Numbered from the stretch's first letter, positions 15,637-31,801 are shown. The stretch: DNA of 64,000 nt from Eledone cirrhosa (GCA_964016885.1 OZ024751.1:8866001-8930000); one strand, 5' to 3'. Made by a program: numbers and translations. Notes: a model not told the origin generated them from the sequence alone.

Positions 15637-16745
15637 CCTTATCAATCCCTGCATTAACTCATCTGCCTCCTTCACTGTCACCAGAACTATGTCATCAGCA
15701 AATTTAGCATCTATATTTTTAACCTTACCTCGCCTGGTCTGAGCCAGTGCTACAGTAAAGCAAGCGCATACAATAGTCGCCTGCGATGATAAAAAGATAG
15801 GGAGCCAATGTATCTCCCTAGAGCACACCAGCCAGTATCTTAATTAACTCCGTCATCCCGTCATGTGTAATGACTTGGGATTTAGTGTTGGTGTAGAGCA
15901 GTGATATCATGTCCACTATCTTCTTGGTGATTACATAAGCCTGTAAGTTCGTCATTGGGCAGTGACAGACCACAGAATAAAAGGCTTTCCTAAAGTCAAT
16001 GGAAGCCATGAGAGCAGGAAGACTCTTTGATCTAACTCCCTCTAATATTCTCCTCAGCATTAGGATGTTACTGATGCTTGCTCCTCCCTCACTGAAGCCG
16101 TTCTGGTTGTCTCTGAGCTTCTTCTTCACCTCAGGCTGGATCCTGTTAAGAATCATCCTGTTGAGGGTCTTTGACAAGTGATGTCAGTAAGATGAACCTG
16201 TATTTGTTGGTGTTAGAGAGATTTCCCTTTTTTGGCACTGGGACGATGTTACTGATCCTCTACTTGTTCGGGGCAATTCCCTTTTCCATTGTCTAGTTAT
16301 TGAACTCCAGGATGATATCAAAATCATACCTCTTCATCACCTCTGATGCCACTCCATCTTCACCATGAGCCTTTCACTCCTTGATTTTATTCTTGGCCCT
16401 CTGAAGCTCCTCTCTGGTGAAGGTCTTGTTTCAATATCCAGTTCTTCAAACAGTTGTCTGATCTCCGCAGTGTTCTGAGTTATGGAAGGCGGCTCTCCCA
16501 GTAGGATCTTAATATGGTCCAGCCATTTCCTCTTCCTCTCCTCGGGTCTCATGCGAAGACCTTCTCTTCCTCCCTGTGATCTCGTTGCTGATCGTCCATA
16601 CCATTCTCCTCGAACAGATGACCTACCTCCTCTCTCTTCTCCCGCGTCTGTACAGTCCTCACATTTAGAGTGCATCTTTTATTGGCTCTTCTGCAGTACA
16701 AACCTGTATTCTTTATATTTGTCTCAGAGAGAGCAGAACCATCTT
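15632..16745 (-). mobile_element. Decayed non-LTR RT fragment (RTE-like)
   Basis: ILNRIQPEVKKKLRDNQNGF, SIDFRKAF, GVL(Q)G, KFADDIVLV. Confidence 0.85.
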
Positions 16746-17048
16746 CCACAGCCCCCCCCCCTCCCTGTGGCTCCAAACCAGCAGAGTCATAATACCAGGC
16801 TGCTCTAAGATAGTGTAATTAGGGGCGCTTACTCTAGTGCTGTTAAATACACTCTACATGATGCTTTTCAATGACTGATAACACCTTAGCGAACCACTCG
16901 AGTAAGGTAATTACTTAACCGATAAATGGGGCCCTAACAAATACTACTACTGCCGGTCAAAGCAGACCTGGGTGTGATAACAACTAAGGGGTAACTCCAC
17001 ATTACCCACAAATACTGAACTCCCGAACCACGGGATGCAGCTTAATGC

Positions 17049-18060
<1,012 letters not shown>

Positions 18061-21000
18061 ATTTTCTGTGTATTTATATCATTACCACTTTTGAGAATGA
18101 ATGGAAGTTAATGAAATATTTGATAACAATTCATCTCGTATGTGTTCTTCGCCATTTACACAACTATCTAAATAATTAATTCACTTCTTTAATTTAGTTA
18201 AAGTAATGAAATTTATGAAGCAAGTTCCCGGATATAGAGAGATCCCCCTATAAATCTATCTATTCTTTTATGCTGTTATTTCTTCGTTTTCGTACTATTT
18301 TCTATCTATTACTATTTAGAGTAATATACATTTCATACCAGTTCTTCGGATATATCCACACTGTATGACTGACTTAATAGGTAATAAAGACTTTTGCAAT
18401 ATTTTTATCTAGGACCAATTAATTCAATTGCCAAGAATTCGAGAGGATGTCATAGCGGCAACAGTGTATCGTGGAATCTGATGTGTTTCTAGGTAGTTCG
18501 ATAATGTTGTTGTATCTGTGCGGAATCATCCACGACACACATATCCCCCTGGTTACAAGAAACACTCTAGAGCCAAGATATATCACTGCATTCAAATGAA
18601 GCACTCGGTTCCTATACACTCCTGTCTTTTGTAGAAATGATATATGATACTGCTCTCTATAAACTGTTATCAATAATTGATCTTCGTCATCGGGAGTTAA
18701 ACATCTTCATTGAGTTGAAATGAATAGTTACGGCAGTATTAAAGCTACCAATATCTCTGTATACATATGTTTACAGGTCTCCATCTTTCGTATTATAAAA
18801 CTTGCAGACAATTCCCAAAGGTTTTAACCTCAAAGAGTATTATAGAAGAACATTAAATACAGATTCTTATATGGAATCAATTATCTCGTTCCTTTGCAAC
18901 GGCATAATCAATTCTAGATATCAACACTGATTTATTTGACCAAGCTAGAGATTATACATTCAGCTGATTTCACCGATACGAAAAGATATTCATCAATATC
19001 GGAATAGCTTTCAAACAATTGTCAAATCTTAATATTGAGCCAAGCTATGGTAATACCAAAGTCCTATTACATTACAATTACATATATATTCCTATTTACC
19101 TGTATTCATAATATTTATCATTGCAAATAATTACATTGGTTGCAAGACTCTAACTGTGGAAAATAGGTTTCGTTGGCTTCACAAATTAGTTTGATTTATA
19201 TTATTCATCCAGGGAATATATATAGTTAATATGAGAGACATATTGGAGATTACTACTACTTCGTCACGTTATTTAACGTATTTCTTTTGGTAGCTATACC
19301 AACTCCATATCTTTATCGTTCAAATCGTAATCTCTAAAACCTTTTAATGCTACCTTACTATTTCGATTACAATTACATATTACTTTGTTATATTTATACA
19401 GCACATGTGTGTTTAACTGCAGAAATCTTGCTTATTTTAAACAATTTTACTCATTAAAATGTTGAAACGAAGCAATATGAAGCCAGATTTTTATTGAAAT
19501 GAAGAGATAGTAATTGACTCATTCATTGGGTATTATATAATTCTCCTATTGTAAAGAACGATTTGAGTAGCAGAAATGGTGAAGTTTAGGTTTTAATGTT
19601 TTTGTATATAAAGTTAGGTATCTTTATGTTATATCTTTAATTTTAACCAGCCACAAAGCTGCACTACAATTGGTGATATCTTTCAATATATTTTTTTTAA
19701 ATATTTATTTAATCTAAAGATTTTCTGGTTTCTAGTTCTCAAAGTAAGTTTCGAATCTATGAATATATAAATGTGTGTAAATGCTTCTTGACGATGCATA
19801 ATTAATATAATTTACATTACATTAATCGTCTTTTCATAAATATTATGATGTTGCTATTTTAATTCTACTTTAAAAAGCACATTATATTCTCCTGTAGTGC
19901 TACCTGAATGTTTTTACAGACGAGTGGCAGATATGTTTTGAAATGTAATTTCGATAAAAGCTATAGTGATTTTCCATAATACTGTAAATGGTGGATTTAT
20001 TATTTAAAACTAATACCTTTTTGTAAATATTTTAATATTTAAATCATCGTCATGACTTACATTGTATTTCTCTTTTTTATAGATTGTATTTATTATGTTT
20101 ACGCGTGGAGATAATTATTTGTTGTGGGAAATATTTTGTTGGCATAAGTATTTAATGAGGTTATATTACCGTGTTTTTAAAATTTGGCTTCCAGGTGTAT
20201 TTCAGTTTTGGAGGTGAACATGTTTCAAGTGTATCTAAATTACATTTCGTAATATGTGAACCACAGTTGATTAAAAGGCATTTCCATTCCATTGCTTTAT
20301 ATCTTGCCATTATTTCCATCCCTGTCTATATTGGCATATCTCATTGTAAGTATCATTTGTCATTCATTAAGACGGTGAGATGAGATTTGAGGACGATGTG
20401 GCTACATATCCAATCATACTGACCGGCAACACTGAAGTCCCGCCATTGGTTCACGTCATGCTTCGCCATAATAGGATGTCAGTGATACATTATTTCTTTG
20501 ACCTTAATAAAACCTTTCCAGTATATTTCACAATAGACAATTCGTGCGACATAATCATTGTTTCTCTCTTACTCTAAGCTAATTTATTACATTCACTTCT
20601 CATACCATATACGTGCTCATCGCTTTCTCATACATTTTGTATTATTGAGAGCCATTTTTTTCTTCTTTCTAAATTGAATATCGAGGAGTGCTGAATTACT
20701 GTTCCTAGGCTGCAAGCATTAGGGATTTAAGCGCAAGATTTAGTTCTAATTTTCTTGTCAGTGGTCATCGATTTATCCAAAATATATATACATATATCAC
20801 CTTATATGCAGTGTATTATTATTATTGTTGCTGTTGATGTTGTTGTTGAAGTTATTGTTATATTTTTTGAATTATAACTCCACGTATATTTGTCGTCTAA
20901 CATTTAAAATAAATCATCTATTAATCGTAATCATTGGCATGGCATTATTGCATGTATCCCATATTCCATTGCCACTACGGAAGATATTATATTCGACATT

Positions 21001-21242
21001 TCTATATGCATAGTATAATCGCTGTTGATGGTAAAAGATCAGAGTCATTAAAAGATAGGGTAAATCACCTCTTTTGGTATTGCTTCCAACGCTTTACCGC
21101 TTGAATTCAAATTACCTAGTGGTCAACGTTGTCTTTCATTATTCTAGGGTCGATAAAATAATACAGAAAACAAGTACTGGGATCGATGAATCGAATATCC
21201 TCTCCCTATACATTTTGTGGTCTAGTATTTATATTACAAGCT

Positions 21243-21480
21243 GTTATTATTATTATTATTGTTATTACTCCTTGAGTCTCAGTCATTGATGTTAGTTAAC
21301 TGGAAAGTTTGTTGGAATGAATATCAAGCCACTACCTGCAGCCTCAGATATTCAGGACGTATCGGAGGGTTCTTGCTGTTCCCAGCAAGCATGCCTTTTG
21401 AAGCGTTCCAAAAAGCGTGAAGGGGCCGATTTTCTTTAACCATCCCTGGAAACCTTTGGAGATAGTCCCTAGTGCGCCTT
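21243..21480 (-). mobile_element. R4/Dong-type non-LTR 3' end with (TAA)n tail
   Basis: Minus-strand translation TLQKACLLGTARTLRYVLNI*; flanked by TAA repeats. Confidence 0.75.
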
Positions 21481-21494
21481 ATATTATTGTTATT

Positions 21495-21525
<31 letters not shown>

Positions 21526-21530
21526 TTATA

Positions 21531-22178
21531 GGGCGGTGGATTTGCAGTATTGGTAGAGGGTCGGATCCCATGCTTTGCAGCATAGAGTTACGGCCCTTTA
21601 TGATCTGAGTTCAAATCCCGCCGAGGCTAACTTTGCCTTTCATCCTTACGGAGTCGATAACATAAAGTACCAGTCACACATTGGGGTCAATTTAATCGAC
21701 TTTTCCCTCCCCCAAAATTACTGGCCGTGTGCCTATACTAGAAATCATTATTATTAATATTGTTATGGATTTCAGGGCTGGGCATTGGCACAATCGATGG
21801 AGCATCGGACACCATGCTTCGTAGCATAGAGTTACGTCCCACCGATGTTAACTCTGCCTTTCATTGTTACGGGTTCGATGAAATAAAGTACCAGTAATGC
21901 ACTGGAGTCGATTTACTCGACGTTCCCCTCCCCTAAATTGCTGGCCTAGTGCATCTAATAGAAATCATTATTATTGTCATTGTTGCGGTGGATTGGCAGT
22001 ATCGGTAGAGGGTCTGACGCCATACTTTGCAGCAAAGAGTTACGGTCCTTTATGGTCTGAGTTCAAATACCGCCGAGGTTAACTTTGCCTTTCATCCTTA
22101 AGGGATCGATAACATAAAGTACCAATAATACACTGGGATAATTGCTGGTATTTTGCCTATAGTAGAAATGATTATTAT
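21531..22178 (+). mobile_element. Three tandem tRNA-derived SINE copies (21531-21755, 21775-21975, 21985-22178)
   Basis: B-box GTTCAAATCCC, conserved gcctttcatcctt..ggggtcgataa..aagtaccag core, (ATT)n tails. Confidence 0.85.
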
Positions 22179-22189
22179 TGTTGTGCTAC

Positions 22190-23290
22190 TTCGTTTACTT
22201 CAGTTATCTTTCTCTATTGCCGGGTTCAGGCCTTGAAACTAGGGCAATAGTTGTTTTCATTGTAGAGAGAGATCTCTTTTGAGAATGTGTGCTGTTTCTA
22301 GTAGCCGATCTATTGTAGCTCATATTTGCTGATCTTGCAGGGAAGTACACTAATGTGCAGGTCTGATGATTTGGATATGAATGCTGGTGTTCCTATTTCC
22401 ACATGGATAGTGTTTGTAGTCATCCTCTTCATGCGGTTCATTTCTATTCAAGGTATTTGTATTTTGACAGTTTTCCATTGTTGTTATAGATGTATTCTTG
22501 TCAGATCTATTAATAGTATGGCGAATTTGTTCAATCTGAAATCACTTTCCCTAAAATGTTCTCTGTGCCTAACAAATGTTTGTCGAGTGGTTATATTCGG
22601 TAAGATGTCAATTTCTTTTTAAAAAAAAATAAAAGTTGTTTCGTAACCGATCCCAATGATCATATTACTATTAATAACGCTTTCGTGTTTTTCTCACAAC
22701 CTAGTAATTTCTACGATAGATTCAGAGTAATTGACAATTTGGGGTTTTCCTTCCCTCTGGTAAAATGATATCCGAATACTGCCACACCAGTCTTCCAGTT
22801 GTAAAACTTCCTGTGCAGTATAATTATCTGTTTGAACCATGAAATCCCACAAGATTTTAGTATTTTCATTTTCAATCAGTTTGTGCTGCTATTTTTTTTT
22901 TCTTAATCAGTATTGAAAGATGTTGCAAATTTTGTCGTGAGAAATTTTATTATTCTATTGTGTGAGGATTGTACAGGTACTGACAATATGACAGGTTCAA
23001 CTCCTTATACACACATCCTACATATCTTTGAATCTACTTGATTGAAAACGTTTTGCTGCACAGGGATTGTGTTCAGCACTTACTTTTAGATAGTCATCAT
23101 TAAAGCTTCTGTTTCCTGCTTCAAATCTCCTCTAGCTAGCCAATCCTATGACTTGCATGTCATAATCTTGTTTCTGTCCTTTCAAACTGTTCATGCAACA
23201 CCATCGCTCCCTTGCTTTCCTCTTTCTCTTTCAGGATTCTCCATATTCTTTCTGTAAGTTTTTTTCAATAATCCGGCCTCATTTGCAATA
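22190..23290 (-). mobile_element. Decayed R4/Dong-type LINE C-terminal (restriction-like endonuclease) region
   Basis: ENENTKILWDFMVQTD, KYKYLEIEMNRM, LETAHILKR remnants. Confidence 0.7.
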
Positions 23291-23471
23291 TCATAGTAGT
23301 AGTAGTAGTAGGTCGAGAAGGAGGAAGGGGAGGAACGGAGGAGGAGAATGTGTTAGAAAGCTTCAGCTGTTCATTCTCATCATTGCCAAATAATTTTCTA
23401 GGTGACTATTTCTTTAATATATCCACAAATTTGAATGTTATGCCTGCAACACCCACAAGCGCCCGCACTCA

Positions 23472-23506
<35 letters not shown>

Positions 23507-23575
23507 TGTGTGTGTGTGTGTACATATATATATATATATAGGGATAGATATGCAACACACACACACACCTATATA

Positions 23576-23622
<47 letters not shown>

Positions 23623-23641
23623 TGTGTTTGTGTGTGCATAC

Positions 23642-23748
<107 letters not shown>

Positions 23749-24784
23749 TGAGAAATAGATAAGTTTCTATTTATTTGCCACGAGGGCACAAGAGAGATGA
23801 GAAATAGATAGAGAGATAGATAGATGTAAATATATATGAAGCCAGTTTTACATAGAAAAAAGTTCCATCTGAACGCAACAACTGGCAAAAAGACTTTTAT
23901 TTTTCCTTTCGTTAACATTTGGTATGTGTCAAAACACTTTAGATTTGCTCAGCCAGTCGGAAAATATGAATTTATAAAAATTTGTATGGGATATAAACTT
24001 TGTGACATGTTATAAATCATGTATGTATATATACATGTAATATATATATATATATATATATGTGCGTTTGTGTGTGTGTTCTTGTTTCCCTCTCTAACTT
24101 TCCCTCCATACATATATTTATAAATGTATATATAGATACATGCATACATATATATATATTATAAATATATATATAATACACACATACACACATATATGTA
24201 TATATTTGTGTGTGTGTATATATATATATGTGTGTGTGTGGATATATAGGTATGTGTGTGTATATATATGTATTAAGTTGTGTGTTATTTATGTGTCTGT
24301 GTATATATATATATATATGTATGTGCGTATATATGTATATATGTATATATGACACAGTGTGTGTGTGCATATACATACATACATGTATGCATATACGTCC
24401 AAATATATGTATATATATTTGTGTTAACGTGTCTGTGTATGTGGTAAAGTGAGTGTCGGCAGCGTGTTAATGTTTCTCTGAGGGTGTATATGTGTGATCT
24501 GGTAATATATATTCCACTATATATATATGTGTAGTGTGTAATGTAACAGCCTGATACAGCTTGGTATTATTTCTGATTTTTCATTGTTTCATTTTTTTTC
24601 TTGTCAGTATGTACTTTTTCTCTACAATAAAATATTTCATTTTTATTAGTAATTTTCTTTTCATAAGTGTACAATGAATCTCTCTTGTTGTGGACATAAA
24701 GTGAGGAAGGGAAAAAAGTATCAATATTCACATTTATTCAGATTGCAAACGGTGTAATTTCCTAAAACCATCATATTACCAGCA

Positions 24785-25125
24785 TTCATTATTATTAGTG
24801 TAATCACCGTCATCATCACCACTATAATCATCAGCACCACCATAATCATCATCATTATCATCGGCGCCATTATGAACATCACCATTATAATCATTATCAT
24901 CATAATCATCATCATCATCATTACCATCGTCACTACTATAATCATCATCATCATTATCATCGTCACCGCCATAATCATTATCGTCATTATCATCATCACC
25001 AACATCATCATTATCTTTCCATAATCATCACCACCACCATAATCATCATTATTATCATTACCACCACCATAATCATCATTATCATCATCATCATAATCAT
25101 CATAATCATCATGATTATCATTATA
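24785..25125. repeat. Degenerate (CAT)n microsatellite
   Basis: Direct reading. Confidence 0.9.
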
Positions 25126-25322
25126 TGTTATATTTTATGTTTTAATATCGTCCATAATGGCTGTAACTGTTGAACGTATATTAGTCTTAGGCGAATGAAA
25201 GTTAAATGAATGGTTGGACTATTCACTAACAGAGATATGCCGTCCATTCCAAATGAAGAAGCAAAAAAAATATATATAATATAAACTAAATAAAAAAACA
25301 AATCACAACATAACAATGTTAA

Positions 25323-25383
<61 letters not shown>

Positions 25384-25657
25384 GGTGATAATAGTAATGG
25401 TGGTAATAAGGATACAAATTTCTGGAAGTGAAATTAAATTAATGTAAGCGAAAACATGCCCAAAATGTGTGTAATTATTGTAAAGTGAGGCGACATTTTC
25501 AAGCAGATCTGTGTAATTTAATCTTATGTAGGCATCATCCCGCAGTCATTCCACTACAGTCCTACACCGCCTGCAATTTTACAATCAGTATATGTACTAT
25601 CTGTTTGAACATGGATGTACCTGAGCTGATATCTTCATTATTTCACGTGTACTATTG

Positions 25658-25712
<55 letters not shown>

Positions 25713-25719
<7 letters not shown>

Positions 25720-25957
25720 ATACTTTGGGAGGGTCATGTTGCCAATAAGAAACACACGCACCAGTTGCTTTCACTTCAATTTAATTTAATATATATTTAT
25801 AAATTTGTAAATTTATAAATATATATTAAATTAAATTGAAGTGAAAGCAACTGGTGCGTGTGTTTCTTATTGGCAACATGACCCTCCCAAAGTATAACAA
25901 TATCGGTTTCAACACACGATTTCAGATAAAGAATCTTGCTAAACAAATTCAGAAACG

Positions 25958-25960
<3 letters not shown>
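25713..25960 (+). mobile_element. PLE-like foldback, family E: 190-bp near-perfect palindrome plus about 58-nt extension, in (TA)n
   Basis: 25713-25902 is self-complementary; same family as 58151-58736. Confidence 0.8.
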
Positions 25961-26012
<52 letters not shown>

Positions 26013-26397
26013 ATGGCGTTGTCTGTATATTTGTGCATATGTACGAATAGGTTTACATAAGCTTGGCGCTTGGTGTTATATGTATGTGTATATGTATGAA
26101 AATATATAGATGTTCAAATGAATAGTATAGTCAGGGGACAGAACTTCAATCAATCGAGAAAAGTCCTAACTTTAAACAAAATATCTCCCTTCAGGGGTAT
26201 TCAAATCAACAAACAGCATGCAAGTAGTATAGCTGCATTCATGTAGGCACGGAAACGGGAAAACGTAGCAAATGATTGCAGAGGAGGAAGTTTCATGATA
26301 TAAATAGTATCAACAACGTGATGGATGTTATGTGAGGTAGTAACATTGCTACAAGAACTGTAATGTAATTTTAGAGGACATTTTCTTAGATGGTGAA

Positions 26398-27178
26398 TCT
26401 ATATATCTAAAAGAGAGTATATCTGTCTGTCTGTCTGTCTGACTCACTAAAACTCAAGAACCACCCAACCGATTTTTTTCAAACTTTCAACATATAATAC
26501 TTATGGTCGTGTAAGTATTTTGAGCAAAAAATATTTCAAATGTCCCATGCCCTAGGGACCGCATTAGGCGCCAGTTAGCGATCTCTCTATCTTACTTGGT
26601 CTGTCTTTTTAGATAGATACATAGCTTAATATCGCGCCCTTATAATATCTGTATGTATGTCTGGCTGTCTACATTACGACATTGACTTCGCTATCTGTGT
26701 GCGTGTGTATGTATGTATATATAGTGTGTGTATATATATAGTGTGTAACGTTTTTCGAAATATTTACTTCTGCGTTCACAGATTGAATTTTTTAGTTTCA
26801 GAAGATCCCGTTAAGGGTAAAAGCAGCGATTCTTCGATTTAACTTTAATCTGTTATTTGAATATATATATATATATGTATAATTATATATTCGTGTACAG
26901 ATATTTTTGCATACACAATAACAATATATAAACAAATGTAATTATTCCAAAAGGCCCGACAGCAGGAAAAACAACAACAAAAAAGAAAGGGAACGCAATT
27001 ACATGCTTTTGAAAAATCTTAATGGAAAATGATTTGCCTATTCACCCAAGGCGACTTTACTTTTTATTAGGACTTTTGCATCAAATGGTGAACATACGAC
27101 AAAATTGTTTCAGCAAGGAGGGATAAACATGCCAATCTATGTTTAGAATCCCGAGCAACGCCGGGCCATTCTGCTTGT
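26398..27178 (+). mobile_element. Non-autonomous Helitron-like element with nested family D fragment (26745-26862)
   Basis: 5' TCTATATATCTAAAA..(ctgt)n..ccgattt; 3' hairpin cccgagcaacgccggg then ctgcttgt (degenerate CTAG). Confidence 0.65.
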
Positions 27179-27781
27179 AACAACTGAAAGAACATTAGGT
27201 TGTTAACCATCGAGAACGTATGGAGCATATCTTGGAGCATATTCTACAGTGGATATGAGGATGTCTCTCTGACATGAATCCCTTCATTTAATTTGGATAT
27301 ATATACGGCCTCTTAATTATAGAGCTAACTCAGTTGAAACGACTCGGCTGCTATTTCTAGTTGTCGATAACCATATTCACGCCACTGGGATGAAGCTGGT
27401 ACGATGTACGTATTTTTAAAAAATGCAACACGTGCTACTAGTCATTCGAAGATTTGAATTTGCTGTGTAAACACAGATAGTTAAATCTTCTCCCTTGTTG
27501 AAAATCCGAAATTTGGCTACTGTGGTTTACCGAAAGATTGATGGTGAAATATATTTCTTTAATGAAATATACACAAGGAAGATTAATCAATTTATAAGGT
27601 ATATATTTTCAAAGTTCTTGTCACACTTTAATTAGCTACCTACCTAGCTATGTGTGCTTACACACTTTTACAAATTAATCCCTGTGATTGTTTCATATGT
27701 TTATTTTAGATATATGTATATATGTCAATCAATTTCTAGTTGATATAAAATGCTCGGATCTATTCATTGGAATCTTGGAGC

Positions 27782-28391
27782 ATCCATTTCTTTCCATTGG
27801 AAATTCTCTGGATTTCCAATATTTGGAATGGTGAAACCGTTGGTAACAGCAATAGAACAGGTGATTATTTAAATCGTTTTTTAATTTATTTAAAAAAGTG
27901 TTTGATAACCGCTTGCTCCGCTGTTTTTATATTGTTCTGGTATCTCAAATTAGTACCATCGAACCACAAATATTATAAACACCTTGCATATTTCTACAAG
28001 TACTTAGTGCCTGTTGAAGTATTCATCCACTTTTATAATTTTTCTCCTTATGTAGAGAACAAAACGTTGAATAATGCTACTAATTTTAGTGGCAGTATCA
28101 ACACGTTTATAATAAACAGCTATTATATGCGACCTGATTTTGCGAGTGTGTCATTTTAACGGCTTGACCGCATGCTTTGGGCAGGAAGCGAAATATTTAC
28201 TTTCTGTAGGGCTGGCAACCTTATAGTATGGAAATAAGCTGTCTGAAGATCCATTTCTTTCCATTGGAAATTCTCTGGATTTCAAATATTTGGAATGGTG
28301 AAACCGTCGGTAACAGCAATAGAACAGGTGATTATTTAAATCGTTTTTTTAATTTATTTAGAAAATTGTTTGATAACCGCTTGCTCCGCTC
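27782..28391. repeat. About 140-bp direct duplication (27782-27922 and 28249-28391)
   Basis: atccatttctttccattggaaattctctgg...cgcttgctccgct present twice. Confidence 0.9.
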
Positions 28392-28933
28392 TTTTTATAT
28401 ATATATATTTATATATATATAATTGGTGTTGGATGCTTTAAGCGTCCGTATGCGTTAGGCCGTATGATCACTCCATGCCCTCGTAGGGCAGAGTATGATA
28501 TCACATAAAAAAGAGAATCAGTGTTGCTACGAAAGCAAATTATTGGACATATTACAATTGTTTCTCGGGCGATCAGCTCGATGCACGATCGTTATGGTGA
28601 TCAACCCTGACTCTGAAATGCGCGGTCCTCGGCTACGTCTCGATTCTACTAAGCAGATTTTCCTATATATATATATATATATATATATATACGCATGTAT
28701 ATAAGCCTACATATGTACGTACATAAATATATATATGTATATCGCGCGATGCAGACCTGTTTTGAAACTTTACATGAGGCATTCTCTTGATAACTTGGCA
28801 AACCTCACAAGAATGCTACATATCTATGATATAGGAATTTTGCAAAGTAGCCACGAAACTGTACATTCGAGAATTAGAAGAAAAAATAGTTAATTATTTA
28901 TTTATATCTAATGTTTCTTCTTTCTTTCTAATG

Positions 28934-28991
<58 letters not shown>

Positions 28992-29243
28992 TGTATATAT
29001 GCCTGCATATGTACATACATAAATATATATATATATATATGCATAAATATATATATATATGAAACAAATTCAGGACACCGACGCCCTGAGCTCAGCAGCC
29101 GAGGTCCTGATTTTTTGTTCATATTACCCAGTCTAATACCCGAAGTATCGAGTACTCCAGTGAAGCTAACAGGTTATTACCACCTCAATCTGATATATAT
29201 ATATACATAAATCGAACATACTAGTCCGGCCAATGTTAAGTAA

Positions 29244-29420
29244 TAATTGTTTCTACTTTAGGCACAAGGCCAGCAATTACTTAAGTACTTTATTTTATCG
29301 ACCCCGTAAGGATGACAGGCAAAGGTTAATCTCGGCGGGATTTGAACTCAGACTGTAAAGGGACGTAACTATGCTAGAAAACATGGCGTCCAACCCTCTA
29401 CCGATACTGCCAATTCACCG
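29244..29420 (-). mobile_element. tRNA-derived SINE copy
   Basis: Reverse complement of the 21531 family. Confidence 0.85.
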
Positions 29421-30811
29421 AATGCTTACCGAATGCTTACCTAAATATCAAAGGCTATACGGCAACTCCTTGATAGAAGTTAATTATCCGGCAGAATTGT
29501 TTAATAAAAACAGCTTTGTATTTTTTTATATAAATTGCAAAAATCTTATTCTTGTAAAATGAAGAGATTTTTATCTGTATATTAATAATATATATGTAAA
29601 TGAAACTAAAAAATAAAGAGACATATTTTAATGACTTCAATCTTAGATATGTCCTTCATTCATTCTTTTTATATTCAAAGAAGTAAAGTCTATTGATTTT
29701 CACATATTTTGTGAGATTATTGAGGTTCTGCCAAAACAGCACTACGCGACGCCATTAAAACAATACAGATATTTTCTTTTTTTTCCTGGGTTATTCTTAG
29801 ATATGTCTTGATTACATTAATAAAATGAAATTTTGTTTAAAGTTTCTAAACTATAGGACTGTTAGTTTAGAATAATCTTAAATATATAAATAGCTGCTAC
29901 AATGTAGTAGCCGCCACCACAGTTTTACTTTAAGTTTTCATTTCTATCAATAATAAAGTAGATTTCGAATTTTAATTATGATTGATTACACTTTAAATAT
30001 CCAATCAATTGATCAAATCAATCATATATTTCATCAGTTAATATTTTCATTAAATTGCTTCAATTTTAGAATGGTAAATCTCAAAGTCAGAATATTTCTG
30101 AAAATATATAAAAGTTGTGTATGTTGTATAAGACTGAATAAATAGTATTGAATTTCTAGAAAGTTTCATTCAAATGATTCACTTTAGCTTTACTGCGGTA
30201 AAAACCCGGTTAACGGAAATATATCACAGGGCATTAATTATAGACGTATGTGTAAGCTATATTATATACCTACTGTCACTTGTCAAAAGTGACACACGTA
30301 TGTCAATAGTGATAAATATGTATGTATTTATTATTGGTGATCTTTATTTCTTCGCTTCGTATGTATGTATTTATTATTGGTGATCTTTATTTCTTCGCTT
30401 CGTTTTATCCATCAGTTTAAGTGGAAACTAACAATCATGATCTATGCCCCTTTTCACCATCTATCCCATTTTTATTTTTCATCTCATTTTCTAAATCTCT
30501 GCTATAGCCTTTGTAACATCGGATTTCTGCAAAAGTTCACCAGCATATCGTACGAGATTTTGATAACTGTTTCATATAAACAGCTTGATTATCAATGGCG
30601 TCTATCAATAGAACGTTTTCCAAATGTAGCTGAGAAATATATATGACAGGAATACAGCTCCTCTTGCATTTCATATGATTTAAATTAGATAACGTCAGAA
30701 TTGCATCTAAAAGTCAAATATCCATGAGATCAAATATTGACTACGGATTATGTACGTCTCCATTTCAGCATCTCGCTTATACATGTAGTCTTTATGTGTT
30801 CATTATTTCTT

Positions 30812-30980
30812 TGTCAGTATCGGTAGAGGGTTGGACGCCATGCTTTCCAGCATAGTTATGTGAGTTCAAATCCCGCCGAGGTTGATGTTGCCTTTCGTCC
30901 TTAAGGGGTCGATAAAATAAAGTACCAGTAATGCACTGGGTAATTGCTGGCCTTGTGCCTAAAGTAGAAACAATTATTTC
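30812..30980 (+). mobile_element. tRNA-derived SINE copy
   Basis: Same family core and B-box. Confidence 0.85.
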
Positions 30981-30983
30981 TTT

Positions 30984-31022
<39 letters not shown>

Positions 31023-31665
31023 TCAAAAATAATGAACACACAAACACACACACACATATATATATATATATAACATAGTTTTGTAGATTGCTTGGAGCAT
31101 TGGTTTACTAGGTAACACACATTTTAGACGGGTTTGAAAACGCAGTATCAAGAGAGTAACCTTATGAGAGATTTAACATAGATCGGATTGACTTGGTTCT
31201 ATGAGAGCAGATTTAAGTGAAATGAAATGAAAGGACGTTAAAATTTCGAACGTGCGCGTTGGGAAATGTATGATATATGTATGATATATGTATGTGTGTG
31301 AGTGAATGTTTGTATGCGTGGACATGAATATAAGTTGATGTAGTGAAGGGTGTGTGCGAATATGTTTACAATAAAACGGGAAAATATGTGTGCGATATGT
31401 GAATGTGTGTGAGTCTAAGTGCATTTCCTTAGTGAGGACAAAGATTTAATTAGAAAGATAACATCTTTTAATTTCATTTAAATTAAAACTGCTCTCCAAA
31501 CAATGATGTCAAACCGATCGAATTGTTAAGTCTTTCATAGGGTTACTCTCTTGCTATATATATATGTCCCCCCCCCCCCATTCTCAAGCGTGAATCTAAA
31601 AACCATGTCATTTCTACTGCGTCACTCTTTTTTGTTCTCTGTTCATTTATTCAACTATATACATA

Positions 31666-31744
<79 letters not shown>

Positions 31745-31801
31745 TTATGTAGAGCTTATTTTTCAGTTATAATTTAAAGCGCTCCGCAGTAAAGGAGCAA
31801 A

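Noticed and set aside
21531-21630. tRNA gene
   Set aside because: Only a B-box-bearing SINE head; no cloverleaf, and it is followed by the SINE body
24721-25011. Met/Ile-rich (or His-rich) ORF
   Set aside because: Translation of a (CAT)n microsatellite
25713-25960. Foldback elements as MITEs or DNA transposons with terminal inverted repeats
   Set aside because: The asymmetric one-sided extension, variable inner truncation, HHRs and linkage to GIY-YIG remnants fit PLEs better
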